A stretch of DNA of 50,344 bases from a virus (taxonomy: Duplodnaviria; Caudoviricetes), in the IMG/VR virus record IMGVR_UViG_3300050331_000077, positions 1-50,344 of that record. One strand, 5' to 3'. Under the pieces are notes generated by a model. That model saw nothing but the letters and a program-made list of their open reading frames with translations, did not search any database and had not been told where the DNA came from. Below are positions 33,791 through 43,642 of this stretch, in pieces. The translations under genes and the position numbers were made by a program. Each line of letters begins with the position of its first letter. Within the stretch, counting starts at the first letter, position 1.

Positions 33791-34804
33791 ATGGACATCT
33801 TCACCACTGGCGTCCTGCGCCGCGTCGTGGCCGATCTGCCGCCGCCGGCGCCGTTCATCCTCAACTCGTTCTTCCGCGGCGAGCAGACCGAGACGAGCGA
33901 GGAGATCCACTTCGACGTGGATACGGGCAAGCGCCGCATCGCGCCGTTCGTCTCGCCGATCGTCGCCGGCAAGGTCGTTGAGTCGCGCGGCTTCCGCACC
34001 GACACCTTCAAGCCCGCGTACATCAAGGACAAGCGCGTGTTCGACTCGTCCCGCCCGTTCAAGCGGACGATCGGTGAGCGCATCGGCGGCGAACTCAGCC
34101 CCGCCCAGCGGCTGCAGGCACTGCTCGCCGGAGACCTGCAGGACCAGATCAACATGCTGACCCGCCGCATGGAAGTGATGGCGGTCGAGGCGATGCGCAC
34201 CGGCAAGGTCACGGTGACGGGTGATCTGTACCCCACCGTCGTCGTCGACTTCGGTCGCGACGCCGCGCTGACGAAGGCGCTGACGACGACCGCGCGATGG
34301 GGCGAGTCGGGCGTCGATCCGCTCGCCGACCTGCAGACCTGGTCGCTGCTCGTGACCGAGAAGTCGGGCGCCTCGGCCAACGTCGTCGTCATGGATCTCA
34401 AGGCGTGGCAGCTCTTCAGCGCGAGCGCGCAGGTGCAGAAGCTCCTCGATCGGTTCCGCGGTTCGGACAAGCTGAATCCGACGGTCACCGGCGAAGGCGG
34501 CCGCTACATGGGCAACATCGGCGACTTCGACATCTGGGTCTATACCGGCTGGTACGTCGATCCGGACAGCGGCAACCTCACGCCCTACCTGCCGGACTAC
34601 ACGGTCATCGTGTCCGGCCCCGACCTCGAAGGCACGCGCGCGTTCGGCGCGATCCGCGACGAGGAGGCGGGCTTCCAGGCGCTGCCGTACTTCCCCAAGA
34701 GCTGGGTGGAGAAGGATCCCGCCGTGCGCTACCTGATGATGCAGTCGGCCCCGCTGACGGTGCCGTACCGCGTCAATGCGTCGCTGTGCGCGACGGTGCG
34801 GTGA
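33791..34804 (+). CDS. E: Major capsid protein, lambda gpE family
   Basis: IAPFVSP...GK, FKPAYIKDK, RRMEVMA, QSAPL. Confidence 0.95.
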   Translation: MDIFTTGVLRRVVADLPPPAPFILNSFFRGEQTETSEEIHFDVDTGKRRIAPFVSPIVAGKVVESRGFRTDTFKPAYIKDKRVFDSSRPFKRTIGERIGGELSPAQRLQALLAGDLQDQINMLTRRMEVMAVEAMRTGKVTVTGDLYPTVVVDFGRDAALTKALTTTARWGESGVDPLADLQTWSLLVTEKSGASANVVVMDLKAWQLFSASAQVQKLLDRFRGSDKLNPTVTGEGGRYMGNIGDFDIWVYTGWYVDPDSGNLTPYLPDYTVIVSGPDLEGTRAFGAIRDEEAGFQALPYFPKSWVEKDPAVRYLMMQSAPLTVPYRVNASLCATVR

Positions 34805-34809
34805 TCGCC

Positions 34810-34980
34810 ATGAAGCTGATCGCCAACGTCACCATCGAGCCGGGACCGATCAAGCCCGGCGAGGCCTTCGAGGTCAAGGACAAGGTCGAAGCAGAGGCCC
34901 TGATCGCCCGCGGCTTCGCTTCGCCGCCGCCGGCACCGAAGGCCAAGACCGAAGACGCTGAGGGAGCCGACGCGAAGTGA
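34810..34980 (+). CDS. Small FI-like packaging accessory protein
   Basis: 56 aa, IKPGE.FEV....AEALIARGFA; position after the capsid gene. Confidence 0.55.
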   Translation: MKLIANVTIEPGPIKPGEAFEVKDKVEAEALIARGFASPPPAPKAKTEDAEGADAK

Positions 34981-35288
34981 CCCTCGTCGCCCCGTTCGCC
35001 GACATCGAAGCGAGTATCGCCGCCGACACCATGGCGATGCTCGCGAACGTCGTCGTCTCGAAGGCGGACGGGGTGACGCAGTTCCTCGCCGAGTTCGACG
35101 CGATCGACCGCGACGTCTTCGACGGCGTCGCCCAGGTCGGCGACTTCACGCTGCGCTACCTGGTGACCGACGCGACGCTCGTCGTCGGCGAAGTCGTGAC
35201 GATCAACGGGCAGACCTACCGCGTGCCGACCGACCCTGAGCGTGCGAGCGCTCAGGAAGCCGTTGCGCGACTCGTGGAGCACGGCTGA
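34977..35288 (+). CDS. Head-tail joining protein FII-like
   Basis: Beta-rich, GEVVTINGQTYRV; synteny. Confidence 0.7.
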   Translation: MTLVAPFADIEASIAADTMAMLANVVVSKADGVTQFLAEFDAIDRDVFDGVAQVGDFTLRYLVTDATLVVGEVVTINGQTYRVPTDPERASAQEAVARLVEHG

Positions 35289-35698
35289 TGTTCGCCCTCG
35301 CGCCCGTCATCAAGACCCGCCTCGCGGCGCTGCCGGCCCTCACCGGCTGGCAGCTGCGCTCCAACCTCGACGAGGTCCCCCGCACCGCTTACCCGGCCGT
35401 GGAGATCCGCGTGGAAGAGGGCGGCGGGGCGGACCGCGGCGGCGCTGCACTCGTCGACGTCGGCTGGGGCGTGCATCTGATCGTCACGAAGGGCGAGACC
35501 GCAGCGGACCAGCTCGACGCCGCCTTCACCGAGGTCGTCGCCGCGCTGCACAACTGGAAGCCCGGCACGGCCGGCGGCGTGCCGTGGAGTCCGCTGAAGC
35601 TCTCGAAGGTGGAACCGTCCGATATCGCCGAACAGGGCCTTGTCGCGCACAGCCTGATTTTCAGAACCACCGCCACCCTCGTGGGGCAGAAACCGTAA
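35288..35698 (+). CDS. Tail terminator protein (gpU / Mu gp37-like)
   Basis: YPAV.I, VAALHNWKP; directly before the tail tube gene. Confidence 0.7.
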   Translation: MFALAPVIKTRLAALPALTGWQLRSNLDEVPRTAYPAVEIRVEEGGGADRGGAALVDVGWGVHLIVTKGETAADQLDAAFTEVVAALHNWKPGTAGGVPWSPLKLSKVEPSDIAEQGLVAHSLIFRTTATLVGQKP

Positions 35699-35713
35699 TT
35701 CAAGGAGATTCAC

Positions 35714-36493
35714 ATGGCAATGGACTACTTCAGCGGGCAGGGGAAACTGTACCTCGGCAGCCGCAGCGCGGCCGGCAATCCGGAGACGCTGCGCTGGATC
35801 GGAGACGTCGCGGACTTCTCGTTTTCGGCAGAACCCGACGTGCTCGAAGCGAAAGAAAACTACTCCGGCAACCGCCAGACCGTGGTGAGGATCACTCGCG
35901 AGCTCAAGATGAGCATGAAGGCGTCGATGCGCCAGATCAGCGCCGACAACCTCAAGCTCATGCTGCTCGGCGACACCGTCGCGCAGGCCGCGGGCAGCGT
36001 CACCGGCGAGACGATCAGCCCGGCGACCGGCACGCTCGCCGTCGGCAACGTCTTCCTGCTCGGCGGCCAGGACGTCTCCGCGGTCACGATCACCGACAGC
36101 ACCGGCACGCCGAAGACGCTCGTCGCCGGCACCGATTACACGCTCAATGCCAAGGGCGGCTCGATCGAGATCCTCGACGTAACGACCAACGGCCCGTTCG
36201 CCCTGCCGCTCAAGGCCGACTACACGAAGGCCGAGGCGATGAGGGTGAAGATGTTCACCGCCGCCAACCAGGAATTCTGGCTGCGCTTCGAGGGCTTGAA
36301 CACCGCCGTCTCGGGCTACCCGCCGGTCATCGTCGATATCTACCGCGTGCGTCTGGATCCGGTGAAGGACTTCGGCCTGATCAACGACGACCTCGGTAAC
36401 TTCGAGCTCGCCGGCTCGTGCCTGGTCGATCAGACCAAGACCGTGTCGAGCGACTTCGGCCAGTTCGGCCGCATGGTCGCGCTCTCGGCCTAA
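35714..36493 (+). CDS. Major tail tube protein
   Basis: YFSGQGKLY, WIGDV, ENYSG.R, LRFEGLNTA, VDIYRV. Confidence 0.85.
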   Translation: MAMDYFSGQGKLYLGSRSAAGNPETLRWIGDVADFSFSAEPDVLEAKENYSGNRQTVVRITRELKMSMKASMRQISADNLKLMLLGDTVAQAAGSVTGETISPATGTLAVGNVFLLGGQDVSAVTITDSTGTPKTLVAGTDYTLNAKGGSIEILDVTTNGPFALPLKADYTKAEAMRVKMFTAANQEFWLRFEGLNTAVSGYPPVIVDIYRVRLDPVKDFGLINDDLGNFELAGSCLVDQTKTVSSDFGQFGRMVALSA

Positions 36494-36496
36494 GCC

Positions 36497-36940
36497 ATGA
36501 CCGAAGCCAATCCCATCGAGGAACTGGCGCAGCTCGCCGGCTCGCCCGCCGAAGGCAAAACCTACGGCGGGCGGCCGGTGGCTGTCTCGCCGCTCAAGGT
36601 GCGCGAGTTCGGCCCGATGCTCAAGGCCGTCGAGCCGCTCTTCGGCGACCTCGCCGCGCTCGGCGACGCCACCGAGGCCGATGCGCTGATGGGCCTCTTC
36701 GCCCGCCATACCGACGCCGTGCTGACCGCGATCTGCATCGCCGCGCGCGTCGATCGCGACTGGCTCGACGACCAGGATCTCGACGTGCCGCTCGACCTTT
36801 TCGCCGACGTGCTGGCGGTCAATCGGGATTTTTTCGCGGCACGTCTGCAGCCCCTGGTCACGCGCCTGCAGACGAGCCTCCAAGCTGGTTCGACGTCGTC
36901 CAGCGCCTCATCGGGGCCGGGCACCGCTTCGACGATGTGA
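36497..36940 (+). CDS. Tail assembly chaperone (G-like)
   Basis: Between tube and tape measure; VLAVNRDFF at a slippery site. Confidence 0.8.
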   Translation: MTEANPIEELAQLAGSPAEGKTYGGRPVAVSPLKVREFGPMLKAVEPLFGDLAALGDATEADALMGLFARHTDAVLTAICIAARVDRDWLDDQDLDVPLDLFADVLAVNRDFFAARLQPLVTRLQTSLQAGSTSSSASSGPGTASTM

Positions 36941-37092
36941 TGGGCTACACGCTCGCTCAACTGCGCGGCTTCTCGGCGGCCGTCAGCCGCCAGGCGCAGG
37001 AGAGCGCGCAGCAAAACCTCCTCATCGCCCGCGGCGCGCAGGCCGACGAGAAGGGCTGGAAGAAACTCTGGAAGGCATTTAGCCCGCGATGA
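36829..37092 (+). CDS. -1 frameshift extension (G-T) of the tail chaperone
   Basis: T TTT TTC heptamer at 36829-36835; -1 frame open to 37092 with WFDVVQRLIGAGH...YTLAQL. Confidence 0.75.
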   Translation, partial: FFRGTSAAPGHAPADEPPSWFDVVQRLIGAGHRFDDVMGYTLAQLRGFSAAVSRQAQESAQQNLLIARGAQADEKGWKKLWKAFSPR

Positions 37093-40000
37093 CCGAACGC
37101 GAACTCAGCTACCGCATCGAACTCTCGAACCAGCGCGCCCTGGCTGCGCTGCGCGAGTTCGCGGCTACGATCCGCAAGACGGATCAGGCCGGCGCGAAGC
37201 TCGACGGCACCCAACGCGGCCTGAAGTCGATCGGCACCGAAGCGCGCACGACGGCCGGCGAACTTGGCAAAGTCGATGCCGCCGCGCGGGGTGCCGGCGC
37301 GAGCCTCGGCAGCCTGCGCAGCATCGGCGGCGTCGCCGTCGCGCTCGGCGCGATCGTCGCCTGGCTGCAGGCGGCCAAAGCAGCGTTCGTCGGCTTGCCG
37401 CAGGCCGGCATCGCGTTCTCCCGGTCGATGGAAACCGCCGAGCTCGGCATGGCGGGCATCCTCACGTCGATGACGACGCTCGACGGCCGCACGCTGTCGC
37501 TCAATCAAGCGCTCGGCATCAGTCGCAAGATCATCGGCGAACTCAACAACGACGCGCTCGCGACCGCCGCGACAAGTCAGGATCTCGTCAGCGCGTTCCA
37601 GGGCATCCTCGGGCCAGCGCTTGCCGCGCGCATGACGCTCGACCAGGTGCGGCAGCTGACCGTCGTCGGCGTCAATGCGGTCAAGTCGCTCGGCCTGCAA
37701 TCGAACCAGGTCATCCAGGAACTGCGCGACCTCGTGCAGGGCGGCATCACCCCGGCGAGTTCCACGCTGGCGACGGCGCTCGGCATCAGCAACGAGGACG
37801 TCAAGCGCGCGAAGGCCTCGTCTGTGGGTCTGTTCGCGTTCCTGATGGAGCGCATGCGCGGCTTCGAGGCCGCATCGAACCGCTTCGGCGACACCTTCGA
37901 CGGCCGGCTCGCTGCGCTGCAGGAAGGTGCGACGCGTGCCGCGTCCGAAGGCTTCGAGCCACTGTTCGCTGCGATCAAGGAAGGCCTCGGCGAAGCAACG
38001 GATGCCTTCGTCACGATTGAGCGCGAAGGCGACAAGGTCAAGAGCATCCAACTCAACCCGGCGGCGGTGCAGAGCATGCGCAGCTTCGCGCAGACGCTCG
38101 TCGGCCTCGGTCAGGCGCTCGCGACCGGCGCGCGCTTCCTGCTCGAGCACCGCGACGCCGTCCTCGCGCTCGCGCAGGCTTACCTCGCATTCAAGGCGTT
38201 CCAGGTCGTCCGCGCGATCCTCGAAGGCATGGCCGGCGCACTGCGCAGCACGACCGCCGCGATCATGGGGGGCGACGCCGCGACCCGCACCTCGACCGCC
38301 GCGACGCTCGCCGATCTGCGCGCGAAAGTCGCGCACACCGACGCCGTCCGCATCCACACGGCAATGGTGCTCGCCGACGCCCGCGCGCAGGTCGCCGCAG
38401 CTTCCGGCATGCAGCGCCTCGCGCTCGCGCAGAACCTGCTCGTGCCCGCGCAGCAACGCGCCGCAGCCGCCGCAACGGCTCACGCCGCTGCGTTCGGCAC
38501 CCTGAATGCCGCCATCGGCACAACCGGCGCTGCCGGTCTGCTCTCGCGCCTGCTGGGCATCCTCGGCGGCCCGCTCGGCCTCATCGCGATGCTGCTGACC
38601 GGCGTCGGCGCGTGGGCGAGCTTCGGCAGCGCGGCGAAGGAATCGCTCAGCGGCATCGACGTCTCCGCCAAGAACGCATCCGACCGCATCCGCCAGCTGA
38701 AGAAGGATCTGAAGTTCGGCTCCGGCGAGATGGGCGACAACAAAGCCGCGCGTGCGGCGCTGCAGGAGCGCATCGGCGCGCTCGAAGGGGCAGGGCCGAC
38801 GCGCGACCCGGACCTTTTCCAAGTGTCGCCGACCGAGCGCATCACGCGCATCGCGCGCGACCGGGAACTGAAAGCGCGGCGCGAGCAGCTCGCGCAGCAG
38901 GAAGAACTCGGCCGGCTGATGGAGGAAAGCGCGAAGCGGCAGGCCGAAGAGGCCGCCGCAGGCCTTCCGGGTGCCGGCCAGCTGGAGAACAAATTCAGCC
39001 CAGCGCTGCAGGCCTTCAACGACATCGTCAAGCAGTACCGCACGACCGCGCAGAAAGCCGGCGACGACATTCGCGAGATCAACGAGGCGTTCGCGAAAGC
39101 GGTCGCCGAAACACCCGAGCTGCAGAAGGCGAACGCCAAGTTCGACCCGAAGAAGCTCGCCGAAGTGGAGCGCGCCCGCAATGCCGCGATCGCCGAAGCG
39201 CGCAAGAAAGGCGGATCATCCGGCCAGTCGTCGCTGGCCGCGCAGAACGCCGCCGAGCGCGCCGAGCTCGAGCAGCTGAAGGTCACGCTCGACCAGGAAC
39301 TCGCGCTCAAGAAGGACGCGCTCGACTTCGCGAAGACCGAGAACGAACGCGCGTACCGCGACGGGCTCACCGGCATCGCCGCGTACCACGCCGAACGCCT
39401 GCGCCTCGTCACCGCCGGCATCGACGCCGAGAAGGTCCGCAATCAACAGCACCTCGACAACCTCAAGGCCGAGCAGGCGCGCCTCGACAGCCTCAAGCCC
39501 AAGACCGACAACGAGCGGCTGCAGATCAAGACCGCGAGCACGCGCATCGAGACCGAAGTCATCGGCCTCAACGCCCGCAACCTCAAGCTCGAGCAGGACC
39601 GCACCCAGGCCATCCGCGACGCCAACACCGAGCGCGAGCGCGCCGCGCGGCTGCTGCAGGCGCAGGCGATCGACGTCGAAGTCGACGTCGCCCGCTCGGC
39701 CGGCACGCTCACCCGCGACCAGATCGAGCAACAGGTCCGCACCCGCAACCGCGACCTCGTCGAGCAGAGCGCCGCGAATCCGGAAATCCTGTCCCCCGAG
39801 ATCGTCGAAAAGAAGATCTCGATCGAGATCGACGAGGCCGAACTCGCCCAGGTGCAGCAGAAGATCGCCGCCGTCTTCGACACGCTCGAAACGCAAGGCC
39901 GCTCGCTCGAACTCGCCGGTTTCGAGGGCCCCGCACTCGAAATGGCGCTCCGCCCCGCGCGCGAGGCCGCGCAGACGCAGCTCTACGGCCTGATCCCGCA

Positions 40001-40859
40001 ACTCGAAGCCCTTTCAGGCCGTACCATCTCGATCGACGTCAAGACCGGCGTCGACCAGGCGAAGGCGAAAATCGATGGGCTCGGGCCGTCGATCACGAAC
40101 TTGAACGTCGTCGCCAAGAACGCCGCGGTGAATGGCTTCGGGCAGATGTTCTCCGACATCGTCACCGGCACCGAGAAGGCCGGCAAGGCATTCGACAACT
40201 TCATGCGCAACGTCGCGAAGCAAATGCTGAACGCGATCGGCCAGCGCCTCGGCGAGCAACTCATCAACTCGTTGTTCGGTGGCGGGGGCAGTGGCGGACT
40301 GTTCGGCTTCTCCGGCGGCGGCTCCGTCCAGAAGCGCGCCGGCGGAGGCCTGATCACTGGCCCCGGAACTGGAACGAGCGACAGCATTCCTGCCGCTGTT
40401 CCCGCCGGTTCGTTCGTGGTCAAAGCAGCGGCTGTCCGAAAACTCGGAGTCGATTACCTCGACCACCTCGCCGGCGAAGGCTCCGTTGATGGTGCTCCGA
40501 TGCCGGTGATGGTCAGTAATCGCGAATACCTGTTCGGCCCGCAGGCGGTGAAACGCCTCGGAATGCGAGTGATGACTGCGCTGAATCAGGGGCGCGCGGC
40601 CTTCTCGTCCGGAGGCCTGGTCGGTCTCGGCCTCACGCAGTTCCGTAGCGCGCTAAACCCAGCCGCCTTCGCGCACCGCAGCCCCGTTGCCCGCTTTGCC
40701 TCCGGCGGCCTCGTCAATGCCCCGGCGCTCACGCCGGCCGGCGGTGCCAAGTCCGCCGCCCCGACCGTGCTCGACCTGCGCATCGCGCCGGAGGCCTTGC
40801 ACATGACGCTGTCCGGCTGGCTGGAAGGCGAACTCTCCCGCATGGCGGCCACGCGATGA
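37089..40859 (+). CDS. Tail tape measure protein
   Basis: 1256 aa Ala-rich helical protein with hydrophobic segments; C-terminal GPGTGTSDSIPA motif. Confidence 0.92.
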   Translation: MTERELSYRIELSNQRALAALREFAATIRKTDQAGAKLDGTQRGLKSIGTEARTTAGELGKVDAAARGAGASLGSLRSIGGVAVALGAIVAWLQAAKAAFVGLPQAGIAFSRSMETAELGMAGILTSMTTLDGRTLSLNQALGISRKIIGELNNDALATAATSQDLVSAFQGILGPALAARMTLDQVRQLTVVGVNAVKSLGLQSNQVIQELRDLVQGGITPASSTLATALGISNEDVKRAKASSVGLFAFLMERMRGFEAASNRFGDTFDGRLAALQEGATRAASEGFEPLFAAIKEGLGEATDAFVTIEREGDKVKSIQLNPAAVQSMRSFAQTLVGLGQALATGARFLLEHRDAVLALAQAYLAFKAFQVVRAILEGMAGALRSTTAAIMGGDAATRTSTAATLADLRAKVAHTDAVRIHTAMVLADARAQVAAASGMQRLALAQNLLVPAQQRAAAAATAHAAAFGTLNAAIGTTGAAGLLSRLLGILGGPLGLIAMLLTGVGAWASFGSAAKESLSGIDVSAKNASDRIRQLKKDLKFGSGEMGDNKAARAALQERIGALEGAGPTRDPDLFQVSPTERITRIARDRELKARREQLAQQEELGRLMEESAKRQAEEAAAGLPGAGQLENKFSPALQAFNDIVKQYRTTAQKAGDDIREINEAFAKAVAETPELQKANAKFDPKKLAEVERARNAAIAEARKKGGSSGQSSLAAQNAAERAELEQLKVTLDQELALKKDALDFAKTENERAYRDGLTGIAAYHAERLRLVTAGIDAEKVRNQQHLDNLKAEQARLDSLKPKTDNERLQIKTASTRIETEVIGLNARNLKLEQDRTQAIRDANTERERAARLLQAQAIDVEVDVARSAGTLTRDQIEQQVRTRNRDLVEQSAANPEILSPEIVEKKISIEIDEAELAQVQQKIAAVFDTLETQGRSLELAGFEGPALEMALRPAREAAQTQLYGLIPQLEALSGRTISIDVKTGVDQAKAKIDGLGPSITNLNVVAKNAAVNGFGQMFSDIVTGTEKAGKAFDNFMRNVAKQMLNAIGQRLGEQLINSLFGGGGSGGLFGFSGGGSVQKRAGGGLITGPGTGTSDSIPAAVPAGSFVVKAAAVRKLGVDYLDHLAGEGSVDGAPMPVMVSNREYLFGPQAVKRLGMRVMTALNQGRAAFSSGGLVGLGLTQFRSALNPAAFAHRSPVARFASGGLVNAPALTPAGGAKSAAPTVLDLRIAPEALHMTLSGWLEGELSRMAATR

Positions 40860-41071
40860 TCCGCATCGAGCCCTCCGCCGTCCGCGTCGACGCCACTGCG
40901 CTGGTCATCTACCAGGGCACGCCCGGACGCACTGTTCGCTGGACGCTAGTCGGCAGCGGCATCCTCGAGCCGCTCAACAGCGTCACCGACGGCAACGGCC
41001 TCGCCGCGGCCCGATACACGCCGGCGCTCGCGGGCGAGACCGTCACCATCGAAGTCACCGCCGGATCATGA
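40856..41071 (+). CDS. Stand-alone Ig-like (invasin Big_1-type) virion protein
   Basis: V.WTL.G.G.L......TDGNGLA.A.Y. Confidence 0.6.
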   Translation: MIRIEPSAVRVDATALVIYQGTPGRTVRWTLVGSGILEPLNSVTDGNGLAAARYTPALAGETVTIEVTAGS

Positions 41072-41616
41072 CGACACTCACCGCTTCGACCACCTTCACC
41101 GTCGGCGACGCCAGCGTCGTCACCGAGTCCGCGTCGCTGCTCATCCTGCCGGCCTCGGGCGCGGGGGAGGGCAAAGGCCGGCTCGTGCATCCCACGCTCG
41201 GCACGTACGACTACCCCAAGGCGCCGGACGAATGGACCGACATGGACGGCGACGCGATCATCCGCCCGATCTGGTCGACCACCCGCACGCTCGACGGCGC
41301 AGCGAACACGCTGTGGCAGGGCAAGCTGCGCCACGTCGAATGCACCGAGCGCTGGACGGCCGACGACATCGCGATGAGCGCGTCGCATCTGCGCATGCTG
41401 ATCGCGATGTGGTCCAACCCGCCCGACCCGACGTACGGCCGGGTCAAGTGGTACCCGAGCTACGTCAACGGCAACGCCTTCGAGGTCGCGCTCGTGTCGC
41501 TCACCTCCGGCGGCGGCGAGGCGATCACCCTCAACCACGTCATCTTCAACAGCGGCGGCTACGTCAATTTCGACGTCGTCCTGCGCCTGCGCATCCTGGG
41601 GCGCGCCGATGCTTGA
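41068..41616 (+). CDS. Putative distal tail protein
   Basis: 182 aa directly after the tape measure region; TRTLDG...WQG; assignment by synteny. Confidence 0.5.
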   Translation: MTTLTASTTFTVGDASVVTESASLLILPASGAGEGKGRLVHPTLGTYDYPKAPDEWTDMDGDAIIRPIWSTTRTLDGAANTLWQGKLRHVECTERWTADDIAMSASHLRMLIAMWSNPPDPTYGRVKWYPSYVNGNAFEVALVSLTSGGGEAITLNHVIFNSGGYVNFDVVLRLRILGRADA

Positions 41617-42541
41617 GCTGCTCGCCGGCCCGTTCGACTTCCGGGACTCCGACGGGGCACTGCTCAGCCCGAGCATTGCCAATGGCGGGCCGGAAACCGT
41701 GTGGGACGACGACGTGGGGCTGATCTCGCACATGACGATTGGCGGGCTCGCCTGCTACACGGTCACGCAGATGGACGGGCTCACCTATCCGCGCTCGACG
41801 TACGACCGCGCCCGGCCGCTCGTGCTGGATGTGCCGGGGGCGAAACTGCTGTCGCAGCTCTGGCTTTTCCGCGACGCGTTGCTCGAGTTCGACAAGTTCG
41901 CCGGCACCTACGGCGCGACGCTCACCAGCGGCGGCACGAACTACGTGCGCGAGATCATGGCGCGCGTTCCGGACCGCTACCTGCGCGCGATGCACGGCCG
42001 CATCGACACGATGACGTTCGCCGCGCCCAACGTCCTCGCCACCGAATACACCTTCGCGGGCAGTCTCGGCACCTACGCCACGATCTCGCGCACGGAGGAA
42101 GACGATCTGCTCTGCGTCGTGTGGAGCGAGACCGGCGTCGTCACCTACTACAACTACGTGACGAAGCAGGAGGTCCGCGCCCGGCAGTACATCCCTCCTC
42201 ACCTGAAGGCGTGGTACTCGCCGCGGCACGACGTGTTCGTGCTCGTCGACACCGAAAAGCGGATCAACGTCTACGCGGTCACCGCTCGCCCCGACGCTCT
42301 CTCCGCGCCCGAGGCGCTCACGCCCATCACCCGCGGGCGGAAAAGCATCCTGCGCGTACGTCTCACCGGATCGAACGGCGAGGTGTGCCCGGCGGAGCGC
42401 ATCGACTGGTCGCTCGCTGGCGCGGGCTTACTCGGCGCCGCGCAGTCCCTGACCAACCTCGACGGCTATGCCACCGTCGACTACTACGCGCCGCTTGACC
42501 TGCCGGCATCCCCGACCATCACCGCGGGGGTGACGTTCTGA
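41609..42541 (+). CDS. Tail protein, beta-rich with C-terminal Ig-like domain
   Basis: C-terminal VRLTGSNGE......IDWSL.GAG.L......TNLDGYA.V.Y. Confidence 0.65.
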   Translation: MLELLAGPFDFRDSDGALLSPSIANGGPETVWDDDVGLISHMTIGGLACYTVTQMDGLTYPRSTYDRARPLVLDVPGAKLLSQLWLFRDALLEFDKFAGTYGATLTSGGTNYVREIMARVPDRYLRAMHGRIDTMTFAAPNVLATEYTFAGSLGTYATISRTEEDDLLCVVWSETGVVTYYNYVTKQEVRARQYIPPHLKAWYSPRHDVFVLVDTEKRINVYAVTARPDALSAPEALTPITRGRKSILRVRLTGSNGEVCPAERIDWSLAGAGLLGAAQSLTNLDGYATVDYYAPLDLPASPTITAGVTF

Positions 42542-43635
42542 TGTTCAAGCAGGTATTCCAGACGGACCTCGTTCCGTACCGAACGCCGGAAGAGTGGGCG
42601 GGAATCCCCAGCGGCATCGGTCTGCAGTCGCTCTACAACCCATGGCTGATCACGCCACCACGGCAGTTCGCCGAGGCAATCGGCAGCACGGGGGCATTCG
42701 TCCTCTACACGGATCGCACGGAGACGGTCTATGGGCCGACGACAGTCAGCCTGATCGCGTGGACGAACCGCATCTACTGGCCCGGATGGGAGATCCTGAT
42801 TTACAAGTTCGACGGTACCACCGGCGCACTGATCAGCCGCACGCCCGTTCCATGGGGCGCGGTCGAAGCAGCGTGGACTGGCGAAGTGCAGCAGGGCTTC
42901 GACGGCCGTCTGTGGCGATCATACCTGCAAGACCTGCACGAACTGTCGGACGACCTGGACAGCGTTCTGCGCGTCATCCCCGCGAACCATTTCGGCAGGA
43001 TCGCCGCGAAGCTCCCGGTCCCGGACGTGCAGAACGACCTCATCGTCATGGCCTCCGAGGCGGTCCTGACGGACGTCGACGTCTATCGCCTATCGACCGG
43101 CGAGCACATCCGCCGCATCAACACCAGCGACACGCCCGGCGCGATCTGTCCGGAGCGCCGCGGGCGCGTCTTCGTGCTTGGCAAAAACCGCCAACTGCTC
43201 AACCTGATCGACATCAACACGGGTCAGATCATGGCGACCTGGAAGTGCCCGTCGCCGGCTGGGGAGCAGAAGGTCTTGTTGAGCTGGGACGTCGTCTATC
43301 GGCGGCTGCTCGTTTTCGCCTGGATGCAGGACGCCGAGAACGGCGCGAGCACCTCGCGCGTGGTCGGCTACTACCCGATCCCGATCGCCACCAATCTCTG
43401 TAAACCGATTCCGCTGACCGTCCCGCGCAAGGGTCGGACCGTGCCAGTGCTTACCCGCGTCGTCGGGGACGCAGGGGAGCCCGTCGCCAGCGTCGTCGTC
43501 ACCGGTGCCGCCTCGGGCGCAGCAGCGATGTCCGGGTTCGGCTCCCAGATCGTCACCGACAGCGGCTATGCCGTCTTGCCCGTCGAATGCACGGACAGCG
43601 GGTTGGGGTCGCTCGATTTCAGCATTCCGGTATGA
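42541..43635 (+). CDS. Tail protein, beta-propeller-like with C-terminal Ig-like domain
   Basis: Blade-like repeats (YKFDGTTG, VYRLSTGEHIRRI, LIDINTGQIMATW); C-terminal VVGDAGEPV...TDSGYA. Confidence 0.65.
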   Translation: MFKQVFQTDLVPYRTPEEWAGIPSGIGLQSLYNPWLITPPRQFAEAIGSTGAFVLYTDRTETVYGPTTVSLIAWTNRIYWPGWEILIYKFDGTTGALISRTPVPWGAVEAAWTGEVQQGFDGRLWRSYLQDLHELSDDLDSVLRVIPANHFGRIAAKLPVPDVQNDLIVMASEAVLTDVDVYRLSTGEHIRRINTSDTPGAICPERRGRVFVLGKNRQLLNLIDINTGQIMATWKCPSPAGEQKVLLSWDVVYRRLLVFAWMQDAENGASTSRVVGYYPIPIATNLCKPIPLTVPRKGRTVPVLTRVVGDAGEPVASVVVTGAASGAAAMSGFGSQIVTDSGYAVLPVECTDSGLGSLDFSIPV

Positions 43636-43642
43636 GGCATCC

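Noticed and set aside
19249-38822. Long antisense ORFs (e.g. 19249-21108, 22464-24077, 27571-29262, 30375-32012, 35252-36883, 36957-38822)
   Set aside because: Mirror frames of well-supported genes in high-GC DNA; no motifs or translation signals
40300-40720. Repeated GG.V/I motifs and lower GC at the tape-measure C-terminus as a separate element
   Set aside because: In frame and typical of tape-measure C-terminal domains carrying the GPGTGTSDSI motif
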